Part shown: positions 9,041 to 19,469 of the stretch, one piece after another | Position numbering within the stretch: the first letter of the stretch is position 1 | How the letters are laid out: each line of letters opens with the position of its first letter | Assembly: GCA_977017575.1 (NCBI GenBank) | Contig: CDRNVI010000039.1 | Location: 711,930-775,929 of the forward strand | DNA: 64,000 nucleotides | Reading direction: 5' to 3' | DNA from: Paramoeba atlantica | Taxonomy: Eukaryota; Protista; Discosea | The notes under the pieces: generated by a model | Databases searched by the model: none | The model's input: only the letters and a program-made list of their open reading frames with translations | Told to the model about the DNA's origin: nothing | Program-made: the position numbers and the translations under genes

Positions 9041-10435
9041 TTGAACGTAGGGCCAAATGATACGATTACTCTAGGAAATTACGGCATTGTACCAAGGGTT
9101 GACTCATATCGATATCTAGGCCACATGAAACACTCGCATAAGAATCGAGCCACTTTACAAGACCGTATACAATTAGCTTGGAGAGCATTTCATCGCTTAA
9201 AGCCGCTCTGGAGGGAACATTTAAGTGTAACGCTCCGCCTGAGAATATTTAATGCTCTTGTAACATCAGTTTTGTCGTACGGTTTAGCCTCTTTGGTTCC
9301 GACAGGTGTAGAATTAAAGATACTTGACACAGAAGTCAATAAGATGCGCAGAATAGCGACAGGGACGCCGTTGTGGGATGGTTATAAGCAAATACCAACA
9401 TGTGCGCTGTATAGGGGAGAACCGAAAGTTTCAACGCTCCTGAGAGTCAACCGCGCTAAACTAGTTGGACACCTTTTGCGGCATGATTCCCCTTTTGCGA
9501 ATGTTGCATTATGGAACATAAGGGAAGAGGCACGCATACGCTCATTGTCTGAAGCTTGTGCCCAGGATCTAGCAATAGATCCAATAGAAATGCACGAACG
9601 GGCACTTGATCGATGTTCTTGGCGTAATCTTATTCAGAATTTGTACCAACGACTAGAACCTATCGCCTATTATAATCCTTTTGATTCAACTAAAAGAATA
9701 GCAGAAGTTGCAAAGATTTTGCAATCGAATCAAAACTCTCTGGAAAAATGGCACGCATTGCAGTTTCAAGAGGAGAGTGAGACACTTTGGCCCCATAACA
9801 ACTTGCTTCATATATATTGTGATGGTTCAGTGAGAAAGCTTTCGAACAATATATTCGCAGGGGCATGTGCTGTAGCCTTCGAAGGAAACGAGATTCTAGC
9901 GACTAACGACAAAACGTTGGACTCTATTAACGCAACACCAATACGGGCAGAGCTTTCAGCTTTCTTATTGGCATTATCAACTGGTCAAGAGAAGAACGTA
10001 TCTTTCATAGTACACGTAGACTCCGAGCATACATGGAATTTCTGGCACAATTACCGTCGCGCATATCAATTGGGTCATTATGATGGACTTGAGAATGCCG
10101 ATTTGTTGATTCAAATAAACAGTCTAGCACAGGAAATAAACAAGAAACATGAAATTCTAGTTGTCAAAGTCAGAGCACATTGTGGTAATTCAAGGAATGA
10201 ACATGTGGACCAAATTGCAAAGGAAAGTGCAACATCTGAGTCTATAAGCGTCGCGGAGCCCTATATGAATATATGGAGTATCATTCTGGCACAGCAGCAC
10301 AAAACATCGATGGCTCCGTCAATTTCGTCTGAACGGCAGCATCCAACAAACATATCGCCTGTGAATATTGCGTGTAAACATCCGTGTAAAGATAAAAGAA
10401 CGTGTGGTCATAAGTGTTGCAAACGACATTTGTGA
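9041..10435 (+). CDS. 5'-truncated LINE ORF: RT thumb, RNase H and C-terminal Cys/His motif; element ends in (ATT)n at ~10522
   Basis: YRYLG; RNase H residues YCDGS, RAEL, VDSE, HCG...NEHVD; CKHPCKDKRTCGHKCCK. Confidence 0.85.
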   Translation: MNVGPNDTITLGNYGIVPRVDSYRYLGHMKHSHKNRATLQDRIQLAWRAFHRLKPLWREHLSVTLRLRIFNALVTSVLSYGLASLVPTGVELKILDTEVNKMRRIATGTPLWDGYKQIPTCALYRGEPKVSTLLRVNRAKLVGHLLRHDSPFANVALWNIREEARIRSLSEACAQDLAIDPIEMHERALDRCSWRNLIQNLYQRLEPIAYYNPFDSTKRIAEVAKILQSNQNSLEKWHALQFQEESETLWPHNNLLHIYCDGSVRKLSNNIFAGACAVAFEGNEILATNDKTLDSINATPIRAELSAFLLALSTGQEKNVSFIVHVDSEHTWNFWHNYRRAYQLGHYDGLENADLLIQINSLAQEINKKHEILVVKVRAHCGNSRNEHVDQIAKESATSESISVAEPYMNIWSIILAQQHKTSMAPSISSERQHPTNISPVNIACKHPCKDKRTCGHKCCKRHL

Positions 10436-10524
10436 ATAGCATTGAAAGGTTATTAATTTAGTGACATAATCAAGGACTCTTAGCCACTTATAACACAGTG
10501 GTGTATTATTATTATTATTATTTA

Positions 10525-10661
10525 ATCGCCAGCCTTCGAAATGTTCTAACTGTAATCGGTTAGGACATGTCGCACGCGAGTGTCGTGCGCTGACGTATTG
10601 CTTCAAGTGCAGAGGCAACGTTGGACACAAGGGGGGTGACGCGAAATGCCCCAAGAATTGA
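10525..10661 (+). pseudogene. gag C-terminus with two zinc knuckles (YR element family 3)
   Basis: Hand translation CSNCNRLGHVAREC...CFKCRGNVGHKGGDAKC*. Confidence 0.75.
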
Positions 10662-10816
10662 CTAGACTAAGGAGAACGACGGTGGAAGATGTAAGGGAGA
10701 AGCAGAAGCAGAAGTCGAGAAGACCAGTATAAAGTCACACGAAATTAATTTTCTGTACCTTTCTGTCCCTCTACATCACATTACTTTAAAACTGATTTAA
10801 CTAACATAAAAGTTGA

Positions 10817-11758
10817 ATGCTTAAAAAAGTCTCCTTGAAAAGGGTCCGGGACGAGCTTCAACAAGCAAACAAAAACTCTTACAGAATAGAGCAACTTACA
10901 GACGCGGCTGTGAAAGCTTCCACGGCTCGGGAACGAACTAGGGACTGGCGCATCCTGATGCATCTGCTTAGCATAGAACACGTATCTGAAATCACAATGT
11001 CTAGGTTTATTGATGTACTGGCAATTATTGCTGAGCACTATAGTCCCTCTAGACTTGAAAAGATGAGATCGGCCCTTGTTCACCGACAAACTCTGGATTT
11101 GCCGGAGTCCGAAAGGTGGACTCAGGATAGTAAATTCAGAATTGCGTTCCGAGGGCTCATCAGTGAATGCGAGCGACGCGTGAAATGCATCACAAAGAGC
11201 AAGTATAATACCAACTCAGAAGAAGCAGGAACACAAGGCCCGATTTTTGGTCAGAAATTGCAGGAGTTACTTCTCACATGCGTGGAACAAAGAAGGGGAA
11301 TCTAGGCGGGAGCAGTGAAACTGGGTTTCGAAGGCCTTCTCAGGAGTTCAGAGATCAGGACGCTTCGAAAGGAACATCTGATAAGAACGGAGAACGGACG
11401 GTGGTACGTTCGAGCCGTTGGAGGGAAAGGGAGAAGGGAAGATGAGATAAAAGTGTATTTGCGAGATACAGACGCCAAGATCGAGAGAATGTGGATGATC
11501 TTAAAGAAGGGATGTCCAGATGAGTTAATCTTTCCAAACTGGAGCGCCAGGGAAGCGAACAACATAATAAATGACGCTGCCATCGAATACAAATGGGATC
11601 CAAAAAGAATTTGGTCCATGCATTCACTGAGGCATGGTAAGGCGACTGACCTAAAGTTGAGGGGTGTTGAACCCGGAGAAAGGAAATCCTTGGGACGATG
11701 GCGAAGCGCAACTGCCGAACAACATTACAGCCGACACCCCAATCAACATAACCAATAA
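10817..11758 (+). pseudogene. tyrosine recombinase with one in-frame TAG at 11303-11305
   Basis: Two ORFs in the same frame; catalytic pattern LLRSSE, HSLRHG, GRW, HY. Confidence 0.85.
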
Positions 11759-11962
11759 GAGGGCCGAACATGCCATAACATTAGTAAAAGTAATTTAAGG
11801 AAATGTTCTCGCCGATACCTCTAGTGATATGTGATATCTCTAGTGTATGTGAGTAAGTAGTATCTACACGTATGAGAGGTCCCAAATTCTACAAAAAAGT
11901 TAGAAGTTGATGGTACAACTGATATGATAGAATAGTAGTCTCCCACATTACAGTATTCCTTC

Positions 11963-12331
11963 ATGTGTAGTATGACAGGCGACATGGAGTACGTAGAGCA
12001 ACGGCGAGGTGACCATTTAAACACATCGACAGGCTTATACCACCGTACTTTAGAGGAATTCGATATACGAATCGGCACATCACACACCGAATTGCCGCTC
12101 GATCCGATAAGTGTTGCTGGTTGTGTTCTCCTTGGACGACTGAGAGTATGGTCGAGCTCGATGAATATACACTGGCTCACAGAAGCCACAGACATACTTT
12201 CACGAGATGAGGTCTTCAATTCCGTGCTCCAACCGGAAGCAAGAAAGTGCCATTTTGATAAGACGTTCGCCTTGTCTACACTAGATATTAGTCAAATTAA
12301 GAAATGTGGAACTCTGCGCGATATCGATAGA
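11963..12331 (+). pseudogene. RT N-terminal part of YR element family 3, continued at 16925
   Basis: Frame continues exactly across the nested element: ...RDIDR | KSVTSWARAF... Confidence 0.7.
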
Positions 12332-12814
12332 GAAATCAACGTCTTCTCTCCCCTGCATCATAATGAAAGTAAACCATGTTAAAACCAATTTTCCTAGTAA
12401 TATATCGCTTCAATGAAAGTTTCAGTCCAATCATCCCGACTATTTTTAGTTTCCAATAAACTATATCTATCTGACGAATTATCAAGGTACCTGGCCAATA
12501 TAATAAAAACAATCACAGAAACCCAGTCAACAACTCCTCAAACTTACGAACGGGCATCCCGTCCACCAACTCCGCGAACCAACCCGTTCGCCCGTAATCC
12601 AAACTCCCGCGCGCACGTGTTTGTAGCAAATGGTGGCGGCCAATTACTAAAAACTCGTAACGTTTTTCAAGAATTCCTACCGCGTAATAAAATTGAATAG
12701 TATATATTTTCTATATAGCTAATTTTTTTTTTTTTTTGATTCTATATAATGAGTTTTACTAATTAATGGTACATTCATACCTATGCGAGTTTCCATACAT
12801 GTATGTATACATGC

Positions 12815-15721
12815 TTATCCGGTGCGGCTGATAGGGTCCGCTGGGTTTTCGGCAGATCTCACATAACGTGCCATGATACATACGCCAAGGTTCTGATTTG
12901 TCTTCAACACACGCTTGAGCTCTCCGGCAATACTGTCGGATTTCGCGATCTTGCGGTTGAATGCTGCTTGGCAAGAGGTGTTGTCAATAAACAAATCAAC
13001 ACAGGTTCCTTTTTGAAAGTGGTGTGTCAGTTTTTCAAACGCAAGTCGAACGGCCATCGCCTCAGCGTGACTCACTTCGTATTTGAACTCAGGTTGCCAT
13101 TTATCGCCAACAATAATCACTTGTCCGTCGTCCCGGTAAAGAACCGCGCCCCATCCTTTAGCCGACGCATCCGTGTACAGTCGGTGTTTATGCGGGACAA
13201 CGTCAGGATGCGGAGGTGGTGATATAGGCTCATTTACCAAAATGATATCACGCCAATTCGCGAGAATCGATCGGGTGGCTGTCGGAAGAGGAACCGGTTG
13301 ATGTGCGAGTTCGGGGCATCGGTTTAACTCATTGACACGTCGTCTAACAATCTTTAAGGGGAAATGATAGTCTGGTATAATATGACCCAAGACCGCTGCT
13401 GCATAGAGGAGGCGCCCCACCGCCGTCTCCAATTGAGAGTACGTAATATTACGAAACCGATCTCGTGACATTTTCCGTATAACCCTAGGCCCCAGGTTGA
13501 CCTTATGGGTTACGTGATTGTAGAAGACGCCGTTAAAAACATATTCAGTGGAGGGGTCAAAACCAGCCTCCTTGAACAAACCTCCCACTTCCTTACACCG
13601 TGAATCCACGAATTTCACAAATTTATCAGCTTGTTCTTGAGATCCTGCGAAACGAATCCCGTCTATATAGACGTCCACAGATCCAATGCATGAAACTAGT
13701 TCGGGTTTGCATACCGCCAGATCGCCTGCTAGTGTAGCTGTAATCTTGTGCATAATTTCAGGGGCGCATCGGTGCCCCATTGGCATAACCTTCATCTGGT
13801 GTAAGACGCCATTTAGATCTCGAAAGCGAAATTTGGCACGAGCCTGGCGCGGAATTGGAACTTGATAAAATCCACATCGGAGATCGCGCTTCACCCCCAC
13901 TTCTTCGGCAGCCTTATGGAGATAACGAGAAGGATGCAACAAAGGCACGTCTGGCTTGTAGTCTTTTAATCGCAAGTTATCATCCTTGGTCCATGATATG
14001 AAACGGCGCCTATCGTTGCCTTCCTCGTCGGATTCGACTACCGTGAATGGAATTACGTATTGCAGCGTTGGGTACCGGCGTATGTCGTCCTCCTCCACTC
14101 TTTCTATCACTCCGGCTTCAAGTAAACCCGTGATGTCGGCATTTACAAGATTACCTTTTGTTGAAGGCTCTGGTTGGGCTCCTAGTCGTGTATTAAATAA
14201 TTCACCTATTACCGTTTCAAGCCGGCGGCGCGCTTCAGGGGTCATCCAATTCTTTACTTTTTGTACATCCATAACGGGTATTCCAACTTTAACGTGTAGG
14301 GGAAGGTCCATATCTTCGGTACGTGCAAGACGGGATGTACGGCGCGCGCAAATAATGCTGTATCGTCGAACGTGCGGTATTTGATCAAAACAAAGATTTA
14401 CATCCTCTTGAGTCATTGTATTGGGAGGAGAACCGAGGCTCGCTGAGTACCGAGGGCTTTCGCCGTCGTAATAAGGTTGCCGTTGTATCGCAAGAGGGAG
14501 TTTATGCATTGATGCTTTGCTATGTTTTGAACGTCGGAGAGAGCGACGTGTCCGAGCGCCACCTCGCTGAAAAGGTGAGTTATCGCGCCGCGCTTCAGGG
14601 AATGTGTTCCAAATCCCGGACCTAGAATCCTCTGCATCTTTCGGTCCATCTCCCGAACCGTTGTACTCGCTATGTGTTGGCCTTCCCTCATGAATTGGAC
14701 GTAATTTGCAATCTCCTGAGTTCCTTCCCCTTGGATCGCTGTGCACATCGATAGCCGGTACGGGTTGAGACGCGTCGATTTTGTATTCCTCCCCCAATAA
14801 ATTATTACTTCGTTTGGTTGATGTCGCACAAATCGTTCCAGAGTCAGTTCGGCCACCTCTGTCCATCTGGCCGCAGCCTTCCAACAAATCAAGGCGGCTA
14901 TCCCTTCTCTTAACGACAATTTTTCCCTGAGCCGGCGCAGCTGCCATGGAGTAATCGGTTCCATCTGACGAGTAGGCTCGAGAGCCCCCCTTGCTTGTAG
15001 GGCTTTCGCGAACATTTTGAGTGAAATTGGATCCTTTTGGCTTAGTTGAAACACCGTCTGGAGATTTCGGGTGTAGCTTAACAGTGTTGCTGGTGCGAGA
15101 TCGAGTTGATTTAAGAAAAGGACGGCGTGTACTGGATCTCGCGGAAAACCGCTTTGTAGACAAAACTTTTCCAGTCTTTCCCAAAGTCGCGCCCTCGTTA
15201 GCCATGTAGCATTTGTCCACATTGGATTGATTGCGCTTTGAATCTGACGTGCGATAGGACTCAGAGGCGGTAGATTTAGAATTGTATATGTTAGTTTTTG
15301 CTGGACTGAGCGCAATTTTGTTTCCCTGGTGTTGTCTCCCGCGGGTCGTATTTCTTGAGGTTTTTTGGCTTGCGGTTGTAGGCGTTGGCGCTTGGCTTGA
15401 GGGATATTTGACTTTGTCATTAATTCCGCCACCGGATTCCGTGGCGAATGCAGTACCGTTCCGTGACATGCCGTGAAGGCACGCACCTTCCCTGCAGAGT
15501 GCAGTGATGAATTGCAGAATATACCTGGATAAATCACCCGCCGCTTCTTCAGCGGACAGGCACGAGCGATATAAGGGGTGGGGAACCTGGCCTATTGGCT
15601 CCTCTTTGCACCTGTTGTGCCGCTCGTCACCCCGCCCCGAAAACCCGGGGTCGAACGAGTAGAAGATTGATTTAATGGGCAGTTGGCGCGAAAGTGACCT
15701 GGCTTGTGGCATCGATAGCAA
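12815..15721 (-). CDS. RT/RNase H of YR retrotransposon
   Basis: DLRCGFYQ, PMG, YIDG, YTDAS, AEA, IDN, NPAD motifs. Confidence 0.9.
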   Translation of the reverse strand: MLSMPQARSLSRQLPIKSIFYSFDPGFSGRGDERHNRCKEEPIGQVPHPLYRSCLSAEEAAGDLSRYILQFITALCREGACLHGMSRNGTAFATESGGGINDKVKYPSSQAPTPTTASQKTSRNTTRGRQHQGNKIALSPAKTNIYNSKSTASESYRTSDSKRNQSNVDKCYMANEGATLGKTGKVLSTKRFSARSSTRRPFLKSTRSRTSNTVKLHPKSPDGVSTKPKGSNFTQNVRESPTSKGGSRAYSSDGTDYSMAAAPAQGKIVVKRRDSRLDLLEGCGQMDRGGRTDSGTICATSTKRSNNLLGEEYKIDASQPVPAIDVHSDPRGRNSGDCKLRPIHEGRPTHSEYNGSGDGPKDAEDSRSGIWNTFPEARRDNSPFQRGGARTRRSLRRSKHSKASMHKLPLAIQRQPYYDGESPRYSASLGSPPNTMTQEDVNLCFDQIPHVRRYSIICARRTSRLARTEDMDLPLHVKVGIPVMDVQKVKNWMTPEARRRLETVIGELFNTRLGAQPEPSTKGNLVNADITGLLEAGVIERVEEDDIRRYPTLQYVIPFTVVESDEEGNDRRRFISWTKDDNLRLKDYKPDVPLLHPSRYLHKAAEEVGVKRDLRCGFYQVPIPRQARAKFRFRDLNGVLHQMKVMPMGHRCAPEIMHKITATLAGDLAVCKPELVSCIGSVDVYIDGIRFAGSQEQADKFVKFVDSRCKEVGGLFKEAGFDPSTEYVFNGVFYNHVTHKVNLGPRVIRKMSRDRFRNITYSQLETAVGRLLYAAAVLGHIIPDYHFPLKIVRRRVNELNRCPELAHQPVPLPTATRSILANWRDIILVNEPISPPPHPDVVPHKHRLYTDASAKGWGAVLYRDDGQVIIVGDKWQPEFKYEVSHAEAMAVRLAFEKLTHHFQKGTCVDLFIDNTSCQAAFNRKIAKSDSIAGELKRVLKTNQNLGVCIMARYVRSAENPADPISRTG
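14413..15537 (-). CDS. tyrosine recombinase, overlapping the RT ORF in another frame
   Basis: AARW, HSLKR, KH, LLRY (R-H-x-x-R-H-Y). Confidence 0.9.
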   Translation of the reverse strand: MIYPGIFCNSSLHSAGKVRAFTACHGTVLHSPRNPVAELMTKSNIPQAKRQRLQPQAKKPQEIRPAGDNTRETKLRSVQQKLTYTILNLPPLSPIARQIQSAINPMWTNATWLTRARLWERLEKFCLQSGFPRDPVHAVLFLNQLDLAPATLLSYTRNLQTVFQLSQKDPISLKMFAKALQARGALEPTRQMEPITPWQLRRLREKLSLREGIAALICWKAAARWTEVAELTLERFVRHQPNEVIIYWGRNTKSTRLNPYRLSMCTAIQGEGTQEIANYVQFMREGQHIASTTVREMDRKMQRILGPGFGTHSLKRGAITHLFSEVALGHVALSDVQNIAKHQCINSLLRYNGNLITTAKALGTQRASVLLPIQ

Positions 15722-16632
15722 AGAAAGGCCGGGCGATTAGTGGCGATTTTTGAAACACTCATGTGGCGCAGCTTTTCCTCCGCAACTGCCTTCGAGTACG
15801 CATCCTTAGTGTCATCATCCTTGTGGAGTTTTAATTGTACACGTTCGACTTGAATTCCGGATGAGGCCCAATAGTGGTTTCGCAGTTCTTCGATGGCTGT
15901 GCGTACGATTTCGAGAAAATGTTCCTCTCGCCATAGGGGAAAAACTCGTGCCGCTTGGATCCACTCTTGGACTATTTTAAATAGACGTTCACGGATAGGA
16001 GGAGCGTTCAGTAACAAACCAAATTCAGGATGGACGCGTAAATCACGGATAAGGTCTCGTACGCGTAACTCATCCTCGGATTCTAGCCACGGGCCCCATG
16101 TTAGAGGATCGTTTGCGGTGAAACGAGCCGGATCGGTGATAGGCGCATTAGGAGTCTTAGGTTCTTCGTCCGCTTTGCGCCCTCCAGGCATTTTTGCTCG
16201 CACCCGGGTAATTTCCAACGAATAATATTCGATGTCTGGAAAAGGAAAGTCGTATGCCATGCCGGGATCATCGTTCCAAACGGCTTCCATGCCTCCTGAA
16301 TCGTCGGATTTCAGACGAACGTTGCCAATCACAGTTTCGCGCACTGCATCCCCATGGTGACCCCACACGGCTTCTACAGACACATCGTAACCCTTAAGGA
16401 TCAAAGTCCGGACTTTTTGCGCGAATTCCGCCTTATCCTCGTCAGACATCGCTGCAGAGCCTGTTCCCCCCCGAAGCAAAGCCGCCACTTGCTCCGGGTT
16501 CAGCGTCGTACGTTGTCCCCCGTATTGCAGACTCGGATCGACAGGGTTGGGAGATGCCGGATCTTCTCGTATAGGACTCTGTGGCCTCCCCATCGACAGC
16601 GTGCGACGAACAGTATTAAGAATGCTGGTCAT
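15592..16632 (-). CDS. gag-like protein with CCHC knuckle
   Basis: CYRCHKPGHFRANC. Confidence 0.88.
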   Translation of the reverse strand: MTSILNTVRRTLSMGRPQSPIREDPASPNPVDPSLQYGGQRTTLNPEQVAALLRGGTGSAAMSDEDKAEFAQKVRTLILKGYDVSVEAVWGHHGDAVRETVIGNVRLKSDDSGGMEAVWNDDPGMAYDFPFPDIEYYSLEITRVRAKMPGGRKADEEPKTPNAPITDPARFTANDPLTWGPWLESEDELRVRDLIRDLRVHPEFGLLLNAPPIRERLFKIVQEWIQAARVFPLWREEHFLEIVRTAIEELRNHYWASSGIQVERVQLKLHKDDDTKDAYSKAVAEEKLRHMSVSKIATNRPAFLCYRCHKPGHFRANCPLNQSSTRSTPGFRGGVTSGTTGAKRSQ

Positions 16633-16667
16633 AACGCAATTTGAAAAGGGTAAAAGAAGGAGTGTCG

Positions 16668-16700
16668 CAACAAGGTACAGAAACTGTATCTTTATCGTTA
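16668..16700 (-). other. spliced-leader relic joined at a splice acceptor of the gag 5' UTR
   Basis: TAACGATAAAGATACAGTTTCTGTACCTTGTTG fused to CGACACTCC, which in unmodified copies follows ...TTTTTGTGTATAG. Confidence 0.8.
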
Positions 16701-16924
16701 ATCTTTATCGCAATTTGAAAAGGGTAAAAGAAGGAGTGTCGCTATACACAAAAACAATATATATTACTTCATCCCGAGTACTACTAAATTATAAATTTCA
16801 TTACATCTAACAACGGGTGCCCCTTTCGGGGCCACAATCTGTAAAAACAAATCATAATATAAATATTATGTGCCCCGAAGGGCCATTATGTCAATCATCC
16901 TAAATTTCTAAACGTATACTTCTA

Positions 16925-17165
16925 AAAAGCGTAACTAGTTGGGCGAGAGCCTTCAAAACACTGAAAAATAGAACTGTTGCTCGGCTCATTATTAATGCCA
17001 AGGAAGCGAGTCGACTTGTTAACGAACCTCCGCACATCGAACTTCCTTCCCCAGAGGACATAAGGAAAGAACTTTTATGCCTCTTTGTTATGTGACAGGA
17101 GACCTTCGTCATTGGTTTTATCAACTTCCCATTTGCGATAGAAATCCACGCCGAGGGGGCTCCAT
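16925..17165 (+). pseudogene. continuation of YR family 3 RT
   Basis: AFKTLKNRTVARLIINAK, then frameshifted GDLRHWFYQLP. Confidence 0.7.
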
Positions 17166-17287
17166 GAAACATATAGGTAACAAACAAATATAAGTAAATA
17201 CCTATGACTAATATAATCACACTTCCAAATCGTCCCAAAATCAAAGAACACATAATACGATATATAGATAGAATTCACACGCATAAA

Positions 17288-17500
17288 CAGTTTCTGTACC
17301 TTGTTGCCCCATAACAACTTGCTTCATATATATTGTGATGGTTCAGTGAGAAAGCTTTCGAACAGTATATTCGCAGGGGCATGTGCCTTCGAAGGAAACG
17401 AGATTCTAGCGACTAACGACAAAACGTTGGACTCTATTAACGCAACACCAATACGAGCAGAGCTTTCAGCTTTCTTATTGGCATTATCAACTGGTCAAGA
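17288..17500 (+). pseudogene. SL relic (17288-17306) fused to a LINE RNase H fragment
   Basis: CAGTTTCTGTACCTTGTTG followed by a near-copy of ~9791-9990. Confidence 0.75.
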
Positions 17501-17814
17501 GGACCTCATTGTTCTAGGGAGGTAACATCTCCTCGGAGATATGATGCCTAGGGTACTTTGTTGACTTTATATATACCAGATTACTGATATGCTGCAGGGA
17601 GGAGAGCAGATGCGAATTTCACGAGGTAATATCAGAAAGCTGGCTATGGAATACACGGGAGTACTCGGACGGGTTGTGGCCGAGAGTCAGGTTGGCGACA
17701 CTATCGCTGTTTTATGGTCCTCAGACAAAGTATTTTCAAAGCAAATCATATATACTTAGCCCTCATCTAAAATGACATATCCCTCCGCAAGCCAACGTTC
17801 GTGTTTTCAAACTG

Positions 17815-19113
17815 ATGTGGGACGCCAGCGTGCAACAAGATACGGCCCATACCACACAAACTGTCAAATGCCGACACACAGAAGACGATTTGAACCTGGA
17901 GCCAATGCCAACTCTGCGCACAGTTGCACCGGAGTTTATCCCTTGCGTGATCGCAATCTATAGAGATATAGTACGTGACTATGCCGATAGCGCGTATCCC
18001 CAACGCCACCGAATTTGGCACAAGCTCTTTTCCGCCATGAAATACTCGTTAACCACGATTCGTAAAGTCACTGTCAAGCGACGTCGACGACGCCCCCTAC
18101 AATCCATGGAGTCACAAACGCCATTTCTAGACAATATTTACAAAGATTCATCCCTCAGTGCTGATGAGAAGTCGAACAAGCTTAGCGACCTTCACCCCAA
18201 AGGTCCCTTACCACAAAACATCGATGGAGACTTCCCTCGAATCGGGGTAGTTGATCAATCGGAGGTGCGTCAAGCGACGGCGAGGCTATCAAAAGGAGCA
18301 TCGCCAGGGCCCACAGGATTCAGTGAAAACATGATGAGACTTCTGGTAGAGGATGAGGAATCGTGTCTCGCACTCTGTCACATGTTCCGCGACGTCATCA
18401 ACGGAGATCTCGCAGAAAACGTTCGTCAACGCCTAACTCGCTGCAGGATCATCGCGTTAGCAAAACCTCAAAACGGGATACGACCAGTGGCAATGGGAGA
18501 CACTATCCTCAAGATCTGCGGAACGATTCTTTTAATGCGACACAACAATACAGTGGAGAAATTTTGCCAGTCAGTGCAGCGAGGTATTCTTCAACGGAAT
18601 GCGTGTGAATCAATAGTTCATGAGCTTTTGGACGAACACGACACCGGCTACACGATTCTCACAGTGGATTTTAAGAATGCCTACAAAACACCGCATCGTA
18701 CCGCAATTGCTCAAGCCCTACTACAACAGCCTTCGATCTTCAAACCTTTCATGAGAATGTTTTACCTAGAATACGGCAAGCCTTCAGATCTCCTTTTCTT
18801 CGCAAACAATTCGTTACACTCCGTGATTGAAAGTTCATGTGGGTTCAGACAAGGGTCCGCCCTATCCTCGCTCTACTTTTGTGCGTTACTGCAGGGTCCT
18901 TTGAAGGAAATCGCCAGTCTTTACCCGGAAGTCAAGATAAGAGCATATCAGGACGACGTGACAATGAGTTCAACAAATACGACATCCCTAGAAGCAGTAT
19001 TCCTCCATTTGCGAGAATCAACTCAGGATTTGAACCTAGAAATCAATTTCAACAAGTGCGAATGGTTCAAATCTTCAAAGAAACAAGAATTTGAATTGCT
19101 CATCAGAATATAA
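17815..19113 (+). pseudogene. CRE-like RT fragment, 3'-truncated
   Basis: SPGPTG, KPQNGIRPVAMG, DFKNAY, GFRQG, YQDD. Confidence 0.85.
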
Positions 19114-19203
19114 TTTTAATAAACAAATAATTAATTTGTAATCACTAAATATAATTTATCAAATACGAGGCACCCAAATACCTGTGTTTTGAACGTTACT
19201 ATA

Positions 19204-19397
19204 AATCCAGGCTAAAGTGGACGAGGGAGATACTAAAGGCACCTTTGGAAAACCACCACAAAAATGCAACAGTATCTCCCGTTAAAGATTCTTTTGTCCC
19301 ATCCGAATCCTTTACAAATCGGGAGATACCATTCCAGTTTCGAGGTAGTTTTCCAAAGGTGTCTTTAGTATCTCCCTCGTCCACTTTAGCCTGGATT
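19204..19397. repeat. 50-bp inverted repeats around a 94-bp core (MITE-like or hairpin)
   Basis: 19204-19253 versus 19348-19397, one mismatch; no clear TSD. Confidence 0.8.
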
Positions 19398-19469
19398 ACA
19401 TAGCCATCCGGACATGCTCCCTATGGCGCTTTACAGCTTCCCATGCGAGGAAGTCGTATGGCTCCGCCT

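Larger units (their letters stand above)
12332..16924 (-). mobile_element. VIPER/TATE/Ngaro-like YR retrotransposon, family 1 copy 1 (A-ORFs-B)
   Basis: gag-YR-RT/RH order; same termini as 22727-28214; no TSD. Confidence 0.9.

Noticed and set aside
12803-16225. Antisense plus-strand ORFs over YR elements and similar short ORFs elsewhere
   Set aside because: Shadow frames of real coding regions with no motifs.
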